Assembly: GCA_003167215.1 (NCBI GenBank)
Contig: PMTV01000051.1
Location: 368-64,367, forward strand
Source of the DNA: Acidobacteriota bacterium
Lineage (GTDB): Bacteria; Acidobacteriota; Terriglobia; Acidiferrales; UBA7541
Length of the DNA: 64,000 nucleotides
Reading direction: 5' to 3'
Below, piece by piece: positions 9,329 to 17,863 of this stretch. Below the pieces are notes generated by a model that saw nothing but the letters and a program-made list of their open reading frames with translations, had not been told where the DNA came from and ran no database searches. Position numbers and translations under genes: made by a program. How positions within the stretch are numbered: position 1 is the first letter of the stretch; each line of letters starts with the position of its first letter.

Positions 9329-10690
9329 ATGGCCACAATTCAGTTGCGCACACCGATACCCGGCCCCAAATCGCAGGAATGGATGAAGCGGCGGCAGGCT
9401 GCCGTCGCGCGCGGAGTGTCGCACGCCACGCAGATTTTCGCAGCGCGCGCCGAAGGCGCCACTATTGAAGACGTAGACGGAAATCGGTTCCTCGATTTTG
9501 CCGGCGGCATCGGTGTCGTGAATGTGGGCCACCGCGCGCCAGGTGTTGTGGACGCTATCCGAAAACAGCTCGACGCGTTCGTGCACACCTGCTTCAGCGT
9601 CGCTCCGTATGGGAAGTATGTCGAACTAGCCGAGAAACTAAATTCTCTCGTGCCGGGAACTTTCCCGAAGAAGACAATTCTGGTGAATAGCGGCGCTGAA
9701 GCTATCGAAAACGCCGTGAAAATAGCGCGCTGCTACACGCACCGTCCTGCGATTATTTGCTTTGAAGACGCTTTTCACGGCCGCACCATGCTCACTATGT
9801 CACTCACCAGCAAGACGCATCCGTACAAAGCCGGGTTCGAACCCTTCGCGACGGACATTTATCGCATCCCTTATGCATATTGCTACCGGTGTTCCTATTC
9901 GTTGCAATATCCCTCATGCGGGGTTTTCTGCGCGCACCATCTCGAAGACACTTTCAAACGCGTGGTGGCAGCGGAAGCCGTGGCGGCAGTCGTTGTAGAG
10001 CCCGTCCTCGGCGAAGGTGGGTTCGTTGCACCTCCCGCGGAGTTTTTCACAATCATCCAGGACATCTGTCGCCGCAACAAGATTCTGCTCGTTGCCGATG
10101 AAGTGCAGACAGGTTTCGGCCGCACCGGCGCCATGTTTGCCTGCGAGCGATATGGAATTACTCCCGACATCCTTGTCAGCGCGAAATCGATTGCGGATGG
10201 GCTGCCGCTCGCTGCCGTTACCGGACGCGCGGAAATCATGGACGCTCCGGGCGTCGGCGGTTTGGGCGGTACCTATGGCGGCAACCCGCTCGCGTGTGCC
10301 GCCGCGCTTGCGGTTATCGAAACTTTGGAGCGCGATAATTTGCCGGCGCGCGCGGAACAAATCGGAGGGCGGTTTGACGCCCGTGCACGCGCATGGAAAA
10401 AGCGCTGGCCTCTGATTGGCGATGTGCGTGGACTTGGAGCCATGCGCGCTCTGGAACTCGTCAGGCCGGGGGCAACCCGCGAGCCTGCGAAAGAGGAAAC
10501 GGACAAAGTTCTTCGGCATTGCCTCGAGCACGGACTGATTCTGGTTTCAGCCGGAAGTTACGGCAATGTGATCCGTCTGCTGATGCCGCTGGTAATTACC
10601 GACCAGGAATTCGATGAAGGATTACAAGTGATGGAAGACGCTCTTATGAGCGTAGCCGAATCCCTGGAGGCCGCGCCGCGCCGCCTTTGA
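9329..10690 (+). CDS. gabT: 4-aminobutyrate (omega-amino acid) aminotransferase, class III
   Basis: Starts 1 nt after the ALDH stop, so the two are tightly coupled. Motifs: FLDFAGGIGVVNVGH, VADEVQTGFGRTG, PLP-lysine SAKSIADGLP and LLMPLVI. Confidence 0.8.
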   Translation: MATIQLRTPIPGPKSQEWMKRRQAAVARGVSHATQIFAARAEGATIEDVDGNRFLDFAGGIGVVNVGHRAPGVVDAIRKQLDAFVHTCFSVAPYGKYVELAEKLNSLVPGTFPKKTILVNSGAEAIENAVKIARCYTHRPAIICFEDAFHGRTMLTMSLTSKTHPYKAGFEPFATDIYRIPYAYCYRCSYSLQYPSCGVFCAHHLEDTFKRVVAAEAVAAVVVEPVLGEGGFVAPPAEFFTIIQDICRRNKILLVADEVQTGFGRTGAMFACERYGITPDILVSAKSIADGLPLAAVTGRAEIMDAPGVGGLGGTYGGNPLACAAALAVIETLERDNLPARAEQIGGRFDARARAWKKRWPLIGDVRGLGAMRALELVRPGATREPAKEETDKVLRHCLEHGLILVSAGSYGNVIRLLMPLVITDQEFDEGLQVMEDALMSVAESLEAAPRRL

Positions 10691-10709
10691 TCGAGGTCTC
10701 GTCTCAAAT

Positions 10710-11735
10710 TTAAAGCAGCTCCAGCGCCGAACTGCTTTCGCGTTGCACTTGCGTCATGGTGCATTGTCGAGGAGATTTTTCCGGGCGCCAGCGCAAGAAT
10801 CTCGTTCCATGGCGAAAACGCCCGCCGGTGAAGTGATCGAATTGAACCTCAAGGACCAGTTTGTTATTGAGCGGTTCCCATTCCAGCGAGTGCTTTGTGC
10901 TCCATCGGCTTAACCCTCCGGGCGTTTTCCCCGTGAATCCCGGCGGCTTGATCATCGCTTTCAGCTTCTTAGTCAAGGCTAGGCGATCCTCATCGTGGAT
11001 TGACGAACAGAACCCCACATGGTCGAGCAAACCTTTGTCATTGTACAGACCGAGCAGCAAGGAGCCGACAAGCGGCTTCTTTTCCAGGTAGCGAAATCCG
11101 CCAACTACGCAATCGGCGGTCCTTTGCTTTTTGATCTTCTGCATACCGGTGCGCTCGCCCGGTTGATAGGGAAGGTCCACACGTTTAGCCATAATCCCGT
11201 CTAGGCCGACCCCCATACGAAACCACTTGCGTGCAATGGCGATGTCGTCCGTGGTCGGTGACAAACGGATAGTGCCGTCTTCATCCAAGTACTTGTTTAC
11301 AAATGCCTGCAGCGCTTTGCGACGATCGCGCAACGGAAGATTCACCAGCGATCGTCCCTTTTCATCAACTAATAAATCGAAAACGATCAAGACACTCGGT
11401 GATTGTTGGCTTAACTTCAAAATACGGCTGGCAGCCGGATGAATCCGCATCAGTAAGTCGTCGAAAGACAAACTGCCGCTTACGGGAATTACAATTTCTC
11501 CATCCAATACGAATTTATTGGATTTCAAAGCCTTCAATGCCGCGATAAGTTCCGGAAAATATCTCGTGAGAGGTTTTCCTGATTTGGACTGCAAATCGAC
11601 ACGCTCTGCGTCGCGAAAAGCGAGGCAGCGAAATCCGTCCCATTTGGGCTCGTATTGCCATTCCGCACCCGCCGGTAGTTCGGTTGCAGGACGCGTCTCC
11701 ATAGGTTGATACTTTTTGCTCAGCGGCAAGGTCAT
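10710..11735 (-). CDS. ATP-dependent DNA ligase, stand-alone (LigC/LigD-ligase-domain type)
   Basis: Motif I with the adenylation lysine is EPKWDGFRCLAF. Other motifs are LDGEIV, LIVFDLL and GIMAKRVDLPYQPG. The ATG overlaps the upstream gene's stop (ATGA at 11732-11735). Confidence 0.85.
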   Translation of the reverse strand: MTLPLSKKYQPMETRPATELPAGAEWQYEPKWDGFRCLAFRDAERVDLQSKSGKPLTRYFPELIAALKALKSNKFVLDGEIVIPVSGSLSFDDLLMRIHPAASRILKLSQQSPSVLIVFDLLVDEKGRSLVNLPLRDRRKALQAFVNKYLDEDGTIRLSPTTDDIAIARKWFRMGVGLDGIMAKRVDLPYQPGERTGMQKIKKQRTADCVVGGFRYLEKKPLVGSLLLGLYNDKGLLDHVGFCSSIHDEDRLALTKKLKAMIKPPGFTGKTPGGLSRWSTKHSLEWEPLNNKLVLEVQFDHFTGGRFRHGTRFLRWRPEKSPRQCTMTQVQRESSSALELL

Positions 11736-12721
11736 AGGAATCGGCCCAGGTTCACCCTTCCTCGCTCCGAAAGCAAAGGCTTCCAGAGGTCGCCAACTTT
11801 GCGCAGGCGCTGCGGCACGTTTTGCATGGTGAAATCCGCCATGCGAACTCCACGTTCGACTTCTTCCCAGGTGAGGGGAGTTGAAACGGTCGCCGCCGGT
11901 TTGGGTCGGACCGAGTAAACCGACGCCAGGGTCCTGTTCCAGGCATTTTGGTTGTAGTCCGCCAGGACGCGTCGGGAAGGCCGCTTCGCGATGCGGTATT
12001 CGGCAGTGACGATTTTCGGGTTCCGCAGAGCCAATTCCTTCGAGAAATCTTTAGCAAAGGCCCACACCTGTTTCTGTAGAGGGCCTCGCACGATAGGAAC
12101 GTACACATGGATACCGCGGGAGCCCGTGGTCTTTGCATAGCTTTTGATTTTCAGAGACGCGAGAGCATCGCGCACGATCAGCGCAGTTTCTAGCACTTGG
12201 CCGAAGGAAGCACCCTCCGTGGGGTCCAGATCAAAATGCAAATAGTCCGGGCGGTCAATGTCGTCACATCTTGCGTACCACGGATTCAGGTCGATGCATC
12301 CGAGATTCACAACCCACAGAAGGGAAGATAGATCTTGGACTATGGGAAAGTCGATTACATTGCCGGAATGATGCTTGATTGAACAGATTGGAATTGACGA
12401 AGGCCGCGGCGACGGCGCGCGCTTCATGAAGAAAAACTCACCAGCGATTCCGTTTGGATACCGTTTCATCACCATGGCCCGATCTCTAAGGTGCGGCAGC
12501 AGCCAGGATGAGACGTCCACATAATATTGAAGGAGATCGCGCTTTGTCAGACCCAAGCCGGGCCAGAAGATTTTTTGTAAATTGGTCAACCTTACTGGGC
12601 CGCCATCTACCTCCAACTCGGCGTCTTTGCAGTTCTTTGGTATTTCTGTCGTTTCATGTTTGGCAGACCGGTTGCCCTTTTTTATCGTGGCGCGCGCCGT
12701 GCTGCTCTGCCTAGAGTTCAT
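11732..12721 (-). CDS. LigD-type primase-polymerase (PrimPol) domain protein
   Basis: This is the C-terminal 329 aa of track ORF 11732..13591, starting at ATG 12721 (MNSRQSS...). Motifs: LTNLQKIFWP, RYPNGI, the catalytic HFDLDP, and TTGSRGIHVYVP. The upstream 290 codons of the track ORF overlap TerC in another frame and are Arg/Gly/Ser-rich, which I read as an artefact. Confidence 0.8.
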   Translation of the reverse strand: MNSRQSSTARATIKKGNRSAKHETTEIPKNCKDAELEVDGGPVRLTNLQKIFWPGLGLTKRDLLQYYVDVSSWLLPHLRDRAMVMKRYPNGIAGEFFFMKRAPSPRPSSIPICSIKHHSGNVIDFPIVQDLSSLLWVVNLGCIDLNPWYARCDDIDRPDYLHFDLDPTEGASFGQVLETALIVRDALASLKIKSYAKTTGSRGIHVYVPIVRGPLQKQVWAFAKDFSKELALRNPKIVTAEYRIAKRPSRRVLADYNQNAWNRTLASVYSVRPKPAATVSTPLTWEEVERGVRMADFTMQNVPQRLRKVGDLWKPLLSERGRVNLGRFL

Positions 12722-12789
12722 CACTATTAGATGCTTGGCGCGCCGCAGGAGCGTCAGAATCGGCCCGTCTCGTAACGACGGCGCAGTAT

Positions 12790-13725
12790 TCAGGGTACCT
12801 TGGGGTTTAGACCGCGACTCGGGAATACGAGCGATGCCGTAATTGTTACGCCCAAAACTATCGCTATGACTACGAGAGAAGTAACGGCAGAGATTGGGAA
12901 GTGTTCGCTCGCGATCATTTTCGTTCCCACGAAAATGATGATCGCTGCCAGCCCTTGGTGCAGGAATCGGAAGCGCGGAAGGATGTCTGCAAGCGCAAAG
13001 TAAAGCGCTCGAAGCCCCAGAATCGCAAACACATTTGACGAATAAACGATAAAAGTGTCTCGCGTGATCGCCAGCACTGCTGGCACGGAATCCACCGCGA
13101 AAATAATGTCCATCGCTTCCACCGCGACGAGCGCGAGAAACAGCGGAGTCGCCTTCCATCTCCCGCTTTCCCTCACCAGGAACTGTTGTCCTTCGTAGTC
13201 CTGCCCTACGGGAATTACTTGGCGCACTACGCGAACCATCCAATTGTTTTCCGGGCGCAGCGCGCGCTTCCGAGGGAACAACATCCTCAGGCCGGTGAAA
13301 AGTAAGATCGCTCCAAAAAAATACATGATCGGATGAAATGCCTGGAGCAGCGTGATACCCGCAAGGACGAAGACGGCCCTCAGTACCAGCGCCCCGGCGA
13401 TTCCGAAGTACAACACTCGATGTTGCGACTTCGGCGGGATTTTGAATGCTTGAAAAATCAGCAAGAAGACAAAAATATTGTCCACACTGAGCGACTTTTC
13501 CACCAAATAGGCGGTGAAAAACTCTACTCCCGCCAAAGGACCGCGCGAGAAGTACAACCAAAGGTTGAAAAGCAGCGCAACGCTGATCCATGCCGCGCTT
13601 TCAATCAGGGCTTCCTTCAATTGAACTGTGTGCGCCTTGCGATGAAACACGCCAAGGTCCAGCACGAGCGCTACGACGATCGCTATGCCAAAAATCACCC
13701 AGATGTGTATCGGCGTTCCCATCAT
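12790..13725 (-). CDS. TerC-family integral membrane protein (Alx/YkoY-like)
   Basis: Multi-TM protein with the TerC signature region ...YLVEKSLSVDNIFVFLLIF... and a second repeat ...AVDSVPAVLAITRDTFIVYSSNVFAILGLR. Confidence 0.85.
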   Translation of the reverse strand: MMGTPIHIWVIFGIAIVVALVLDLGVFHRKAHTVQLKEALIESAAWISVALLFNLWLYFSRGPLAGVEFFTAYLVEKSLSVDNIFVFLLIFQAFKIPPKSQHRVLYFGIAGALVLRAVFVLAGITLLQAFHPIMYFFGAILLFTGLRMLFPRKRALRPENNWMVRVVRQVIPVGQDYEGQQFLVRESGRWKATPLFLALVAVEAMDIIFAVDSVPAVLAITRDTFIVYSSNVFAILGLRALYFALADILPRFRFLHQGLAAIIIFVGTKMIASEHFPISAVTSLVVIAIVLGVTITASLVFPSRGLNPKVP

Positions 13726-13925
13726 GTTTGTCTATCGCAGGCTCGCGCGGCAAGAGTCTAACCGCCGTTCTTCCGCGAGAGAAGCGCAATGTTAGATCGC
13801 GTCTTTGGGGGGGCTACTTCTCGAAGGGTATTTCGGGGCGTTCGATTTGGTGGACTAGTTTGGTGCAGTCAATACCTCTTTCGGGTCGTAAATTCCCCGA
13901 ATTTCTCTGCTTCTATTGACTATTT
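13726..13925 (-). promoter_or_regulatory. Structured 5' leader of the TerC gene (candidate metal-sensing riboswitch; unverified)
   Basis: About 200 nt of non-coding leader contains several helices. One is UUCGGGG/CCCCGAA (13822-13828 with 13885-13891). Another is CUCGCG/CGCGAG (13732-13737 with 13764-13769). There is also a GAGAAGUAGC element (complement of 13803-13812) that only partly resembles the GGGGAGUAG core of yybP-ykoY. Confidence 0.25.
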
Positions 13926-14045
13926 GGGCTGATCCCAGGCCCGCCTGCAACTTTTGCCAGGTCTGAGGGTTAGAATGAAATGAAGCAACTAAGGCCTTCG
14001 TTCGTGCTCGATTTGCGTCTAGGCGATATCTGGAAGTTCTCCTAA

Positions 14046-15992
14046 ATGAGCAAAAAGACGTCTCGTGTGCGGAAGCGGCTCGATACAGGTGGCGCGGGCT
14101 TTCGTGTGTCTACGCTGGGGTTGGCACTGTTGGCCACTGGAATTCTTGCCGTTGGTATTCCATATGCCGCAGCGGGCAACGACGAGACCAGCGTCACCAG
14201 CGTTCCTGGCGCGCACTCCGGCGCGCTTTCCGGTGAACATTCCACCTCGTCGAATCTCGACAAGAAATTCAAAGGAAAGCTTCCCATCACCGAGCTGACC
14301 GAAGACGAAGCAATTATGCATGCTATGAACCGCCTGGGGTACGGGCCGCGGCCCGGAGATGTAGAACGCATCCGCAAAATGGGCTTGGAGAAATGGGTCG
14401 ATCAGCAACTTCATCCTGATTCGATTGATGACGGCGCGCTCGACCAACGGCTGGAAAGATATCCGACGCTGAACATGTCCGCGAAAAAACTAATCGAAGA
14501 ATATCCGCAGCCGGGACAGGTAATCAAGAAAGAAGGCATTACGAAGGAACAATACGAGCAGCAGATGAAAGAAAAGCAGCGTGACGCAGAGTCGCAGGTG
14601 ATCGTTACCGGAAACGAAAATCTGGACAAGGCGCAACAGCAGCTTGCGAAACTTCAGGGGCCCGGACGAATCGTTGCGGAACTTTCCATGGCGAAAGTGG
14701 ACCGCGCGGTGTATAGCAATCGCCAACTGCAAGCCGTAATGGAAGATTTCTGGTTCAACCACTTCAACGTGTTCGCCAATAAAGCAGAGGACAAGTGGTT
14801 GTTGACCTCCTACGTGCGCGACACGATACGTCCTCACACCATGGGAAAATTCGAGGATTTGCTGCTGGCGACGGCGAAAAGTCCCGCCATGTTGATTTAC
14901 CTGGACAATTCTGAGAGTGCTGATCCCAACGCCGTACGCCGCATGGAGGCAGAGAAAGAAATGAGGCACGCGCGCTATGGCGGTGCCTTCGCGGGTGGAG
15001 TGGCTCCGACACCAGGAACTTTTCCCGGTCCCATAACTTCTGCGGCCGCGTCTGCAACGGCTGCTCCGGCAAAGAAGCAAGAACGCGGCCTCAATGAAAA
15101 TTACGGCCGCGAAGTTATGGAGCTACACACTGTTGGAGTGGATGGCGGCTACACGCAGCAAGACGTGATTCAAATGGCCGAATGCCTGACGGGTTGGACG
15201 GTGCACGAACCGCGCAAAGATCCGGAATTTTTCTACGATGACCGCATTCATGCGCAAGGCAAAAAGGTGGTGATGGGCCGCACCTTCAGCTATGGCGGGG
15301 AAAAAGACGGAGAAGAAGCGCTGAAAATGCTGGCGAACCATCCGAACACTGCGACATTCATCTCCACGGAGCTAGCGCGTCACTTTGTATCGGACAACCC
15401 GCCCCCGGCGCTGATTCAGATGATGTCTGCGGAATACTCTGCCACGCAGGGAGACATCCGCAGCGTGTTGAAGACCATGATTTATTCACCGGAATTTTGG
15501 TCCAAAGAAACCTATCGCGCGAAGGTGAAAACGCCTTACGAACTGGTGGCGAGCACCGCCAGGGCGCTGAACGCCGAAGTGACGATCACTTTACCCACGG
15601 CGCAATGGGTCGGGCGAATGGGCGAGCCCCTGTTCCTCTGCCAGCCGCCGAATGGATATTCCGACAAAGCCGAAACCTGGGTGAACACCGGCGCCCTTCT
15701 GAATCGCTTGAATTTCGCGCTTTCTTTCGCAACAGACAAAGTGGCGGGCGCGACCGTGGATTTGAAGTCCATGCTTGGCGATGCAGCCGTGCGCGATCCG
15801 AACGCGGCGCTTTCGCAGGCCATTGACGCATTTCTGGGTGATCAAATCGCGGAGCAAACGCGCGCAACTCTTATAGCGCGGCTGAACGATCCACAAATTC
15901 TGCGGGCGAGTTTGGACGATCCCGTAAAGCAGGTAAATGAAGGGCTGATTGCCGGGCTGGTCCTGGGAGCCCCCGAGTTTCAGAGGCGATAG
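14046..15992 (+). CDS. DUF1800-family protein (secreted/periplasmic)
   Basis: Has an N-terminal hydrophobic signal/anchor (GLALLATGILAVGIPYAAAG). The DUF1800-like core includes MEDFWFNHFNVF, ELHTVGVDGGYTQQDVIQMAECLTGWT and PNGY. Confidence 0.75.
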   Translation: MSKKTSRVRKRLDTGGAGFRVSTLGLALLATGILAVGIPYAAAGNDETSVTSVPGAHSGALSGEHSTSSNLDKKFKGKLPITELTEDEAIMHAMNRLGYGPRPGDVERIRKMGLEKWVDQQLHPDSIDDGALDQRLERYPTLNMSAKKLIEEYPQPGQVIKKEGITKEQYEQQMKEKQRDAESQVIVTGNENLDKAQQQLAKLQGPGRIVAELSMAKVDRAVYSNRQLQAVMEDFWFNHFNVFANKAEDKWLLTSYVRDTIRPHTMGKFEDLLLATAKSPAMLIYLDNSESADPNAVRRMEAEKEMRHARYGGAFAGGVAPTPGTFPGPITSAAASATAAPAKKQERGLNENYGREVMELHTVGVDGGYTQQDVIQMAECLTGWTVHEPRKDPEFFYDDRIHAQGKKVVMGRTFSYGGEKDGEEALKMLANHPNTATFISTELARHFVSDNPPPALIQMMSAEYSATQGDIRSVLKTMIYSPEFWSKETYRAKVKTPYELVASTARALNAEVTITLPTAQWVGRMGEPLFLCQPPNGYSDKAETWVNTGALLNRLNFALSFATDKVAGATVDLKSMLGDAAVRDPNAALSQAIDAFLGDQIAEQTRATLIARLNDPQILRASLDDPVKQVNEGLIAGLVLGAPEFQRR

Positions 15993-16041
15993 TGAAACCC
16001 TCCGGTAGAGATTGTCGGTTTTGCGGATACGGAGAATTACG

Positions 16042-17289
16042 ATGAACATTTCCCGGCGATACTTTTTAAAGAGCGGCGGCGTCGCAATGATCGGCCTGGC
16101 GTCGTTGCCGTCGTTTTTGCAGCGTGCCGTAGCGGCTACGACTGGGCCAAACAAAAAGAAAATGGTCGTGCTGTTTCAACGCGGCGCGATGGACGGGTTG
16201 AACGTAGTCGTTCCCTTCGGCGAACCCAATTATTACCACATGCGGCCAACTATCGCGATTCCGCAACCCAGCCAGGGCGGATTGGACGCAGCGCTGGACC
16301 TTGACGGCTTCTTCGGGTTGCATCCGAGTCTTGAGCCGCTTATGCCGCTATTCAGGAGCAACCAGCTTGCGATCGTGCAAGCGGTGGGCTCGCCCGACCC
16401 TTCGCGGTCGCACTTCGACGCGCAAGATTTCATGGAATCCGGCACGCCTGGTTTGAAATCTACTGAAGATGGTTGGCTAAATCGCGCGATGCAAAGTATG
16501 CCGGAAGAAAAGGCCACACCATTCCGCGCTGTGGCTTTCGGCCCATACTTGCCGCGAACCCTGCAGGGAGTCTCTCCCGCCATTGCGATACCGGACCTAA
16601 AACAATTTAAGATGTACGGGCCGCAGCAAACCGTGGAAGGTGGTTTCGAAGCGATGTACGCGCAGACTGTGGACCACGCCATGCGAGGTGTCGGCAACGA
16701 GACCTTCGAGGCCGTTGACCAGCTTAAAAAAATCAACCCCGATACCTATCAGCCGGATAATGGCGCGGAGTACCCCAAGGGCCGCTTCGGGCAGAGCCTG
16801 GAAGAAATCGCCGAGCTGTTCAAGGCGGATGTCGGACTGGAAGTGGCTTTCCTCGATAGCGGCGGTTGGGACCATCATGTGAATGAAGGCGGCGTGCAAG
16901 GCCAGCTATCGAATCTGCTGCGCGATTTGGGACAGGGAATTGCCGCGTTCCATCAGGATATGGGCGACCGCATGGGTGACGTCGTGTTCGTCAGCATGTC
17001 GGAATTTGGGCGCACCGCGCACGAAAACGGCAACCGCGGCACCGACCATGGCCACGCCAACTGCATGTTCGTAATGGGCGGCGGGATCAAGGGCGGAAGA
17101 GTTTATACGCGATGGCCGGGACTCAACGAAGAGCAGCTCAATCAGGGCCGCGACCTCGCGGTAACGACGGACTACCGTAGCGTGCTAGGCGAAATCATCG
17201 CAAAGCATTTGGGAGACCGTGACCTGAAGACCGTGTTTCCTGGATTTGCCAACGACCCGCGTCAATTCCTTGGTTTGGTGAAGGCCTGA
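16042..17289 (+). CDS. DUF1501-family protein (sulfatase/phosphatase-like fold) with Tat signal
   Basis: ORF 16012..17289, with ATG 16042 after 'ggaga'. The twin-arginine signal is MNISRRYFLKSGGVAMIGLASLP. Motifs: GGWDHH, SEFGRT and GTDHGH. Confidence 0.8.
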   Translation: MNISRRYFLKSGGVAMIGLASLPSFLQRAVAATTGPNKKKMVVLFQRGAMDGLNVVVPFGEPNYYHMRPTIAIPQPSQGGLDAALDLDGFFGLHPSLEPLMPLFRSNQLAIVQAVGSPDPSRSHFDAQDFMESGTPGLKSTEDGWLNRAMQSMPEEKATPFRAVAFGPYLPRTLQGVSPAIAIPDLKQFKMYGPQQTVEGGFEAMYAQTVDHAMRGVGNETFEAVDQLKKINPDTYQPDNGAEYPKGRFGQSLEEIAELFKADVGLEVAFLDSGGWDHHVNEGGVQGQLSNLLRDLGQGIAAFHQDMGDRMGDVVFVSMSEFGRTAHENGNRGTDHGHANCMFVMGGGIKGGRVYTRWPGLNEEQLNQGRDLAVTTDYRSVLGEIIAKHLGDRDLKTVFPGFANDPRQFLGLVKA

Positions 17290-17302
17290 TGCGAAAAACA
17301 GC

Positions 17303-17836
17303 CTACTTGGGCGGCGCGTTATCGGAAGAATCGGACGTGCTGTTAAAAATCTTGCCGATCCGGTCGTAGTTTTTCTCAACGAAAGAAGCGTTGTCAGGCA
17401 ACACCGACTCTGGATATTCCTTGATCGCTCCCGACTTTTTCATCTGAACAGCCGCCGCCGAGTTGATCAATGTGTAGGTCATCACCACGAAATCACGGGG
17501 AGGCAGGCCGGCGTTCTTCAATGCATTCACCACCGGCGGATATTTCTCGATAGTTGCAACGCTGCCCGCAATTGTGTTGTTGGGGTTTCGGGAGTTGTCG
17601 TCATCCATCTGCTTTTTTAAAACCGGATCGTCTTTCTGCACTTTGCGAATGCCCTTCACCGCCGCGGCATATTTATCCAGCTTGTACGCGGTCAGAACAA
17701 AATTCTTCACTTCGTTCTTTTCCGCTTCCACTTGGGCTGAGGATTTTTCATCCTGTACCGCCGCGGCCGTGGCGCCTATGCCGAGCAGGAGGAAAACGGC
17801 TAGCGCGAGGCCCATCGCATTTTTCGCATTTGCCAT
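17303..17836 (-). CDS. Hypothetical secreted helical protein
   Basis: Signal peptide MANAKNAMGLALAVFLLLGIGATAAAVQ. GGGGGA lies 7 nt upstream of the ATG. The gene begins 27 nt downstream of the hppA stop on the same strand. Confidence 0.6.
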   Translation of the reverse strand: MANAKNAMGLALAVFLLLGIGATAAAVQDEKSSAQVEAEKNEVKNFVLTAYKLDKYAAAVKGIRKVQKDDPVLKKQMDDDNSRNPNNTIAGSVATIEKYPPVVNALKNAGLPPRDFVVMTYTLINSAAAVQMKKSGAIKEYPESVLPDNASFVEKNYDRIGKIFNSTSDSSDNAPPK

Positions 17837-17863
17837 GAACGGTTCCCCCTGTGACCCGGCCTG

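Noticed and set aside
12722-13591. N-terminal 290 codons of the 619-aa track ORF (11732..13591, minus strand), which would make a giant PrimPol fusion
   Set aside because: This part overlaps the well-supported TerC gene on the same strand in another frame. It is Arg/Gly/Ser/Ala-rich with no motifs, and the PrimPol homology starts only after ATG 12721. It is a typical open-frame artefact of GC-rich DNA.
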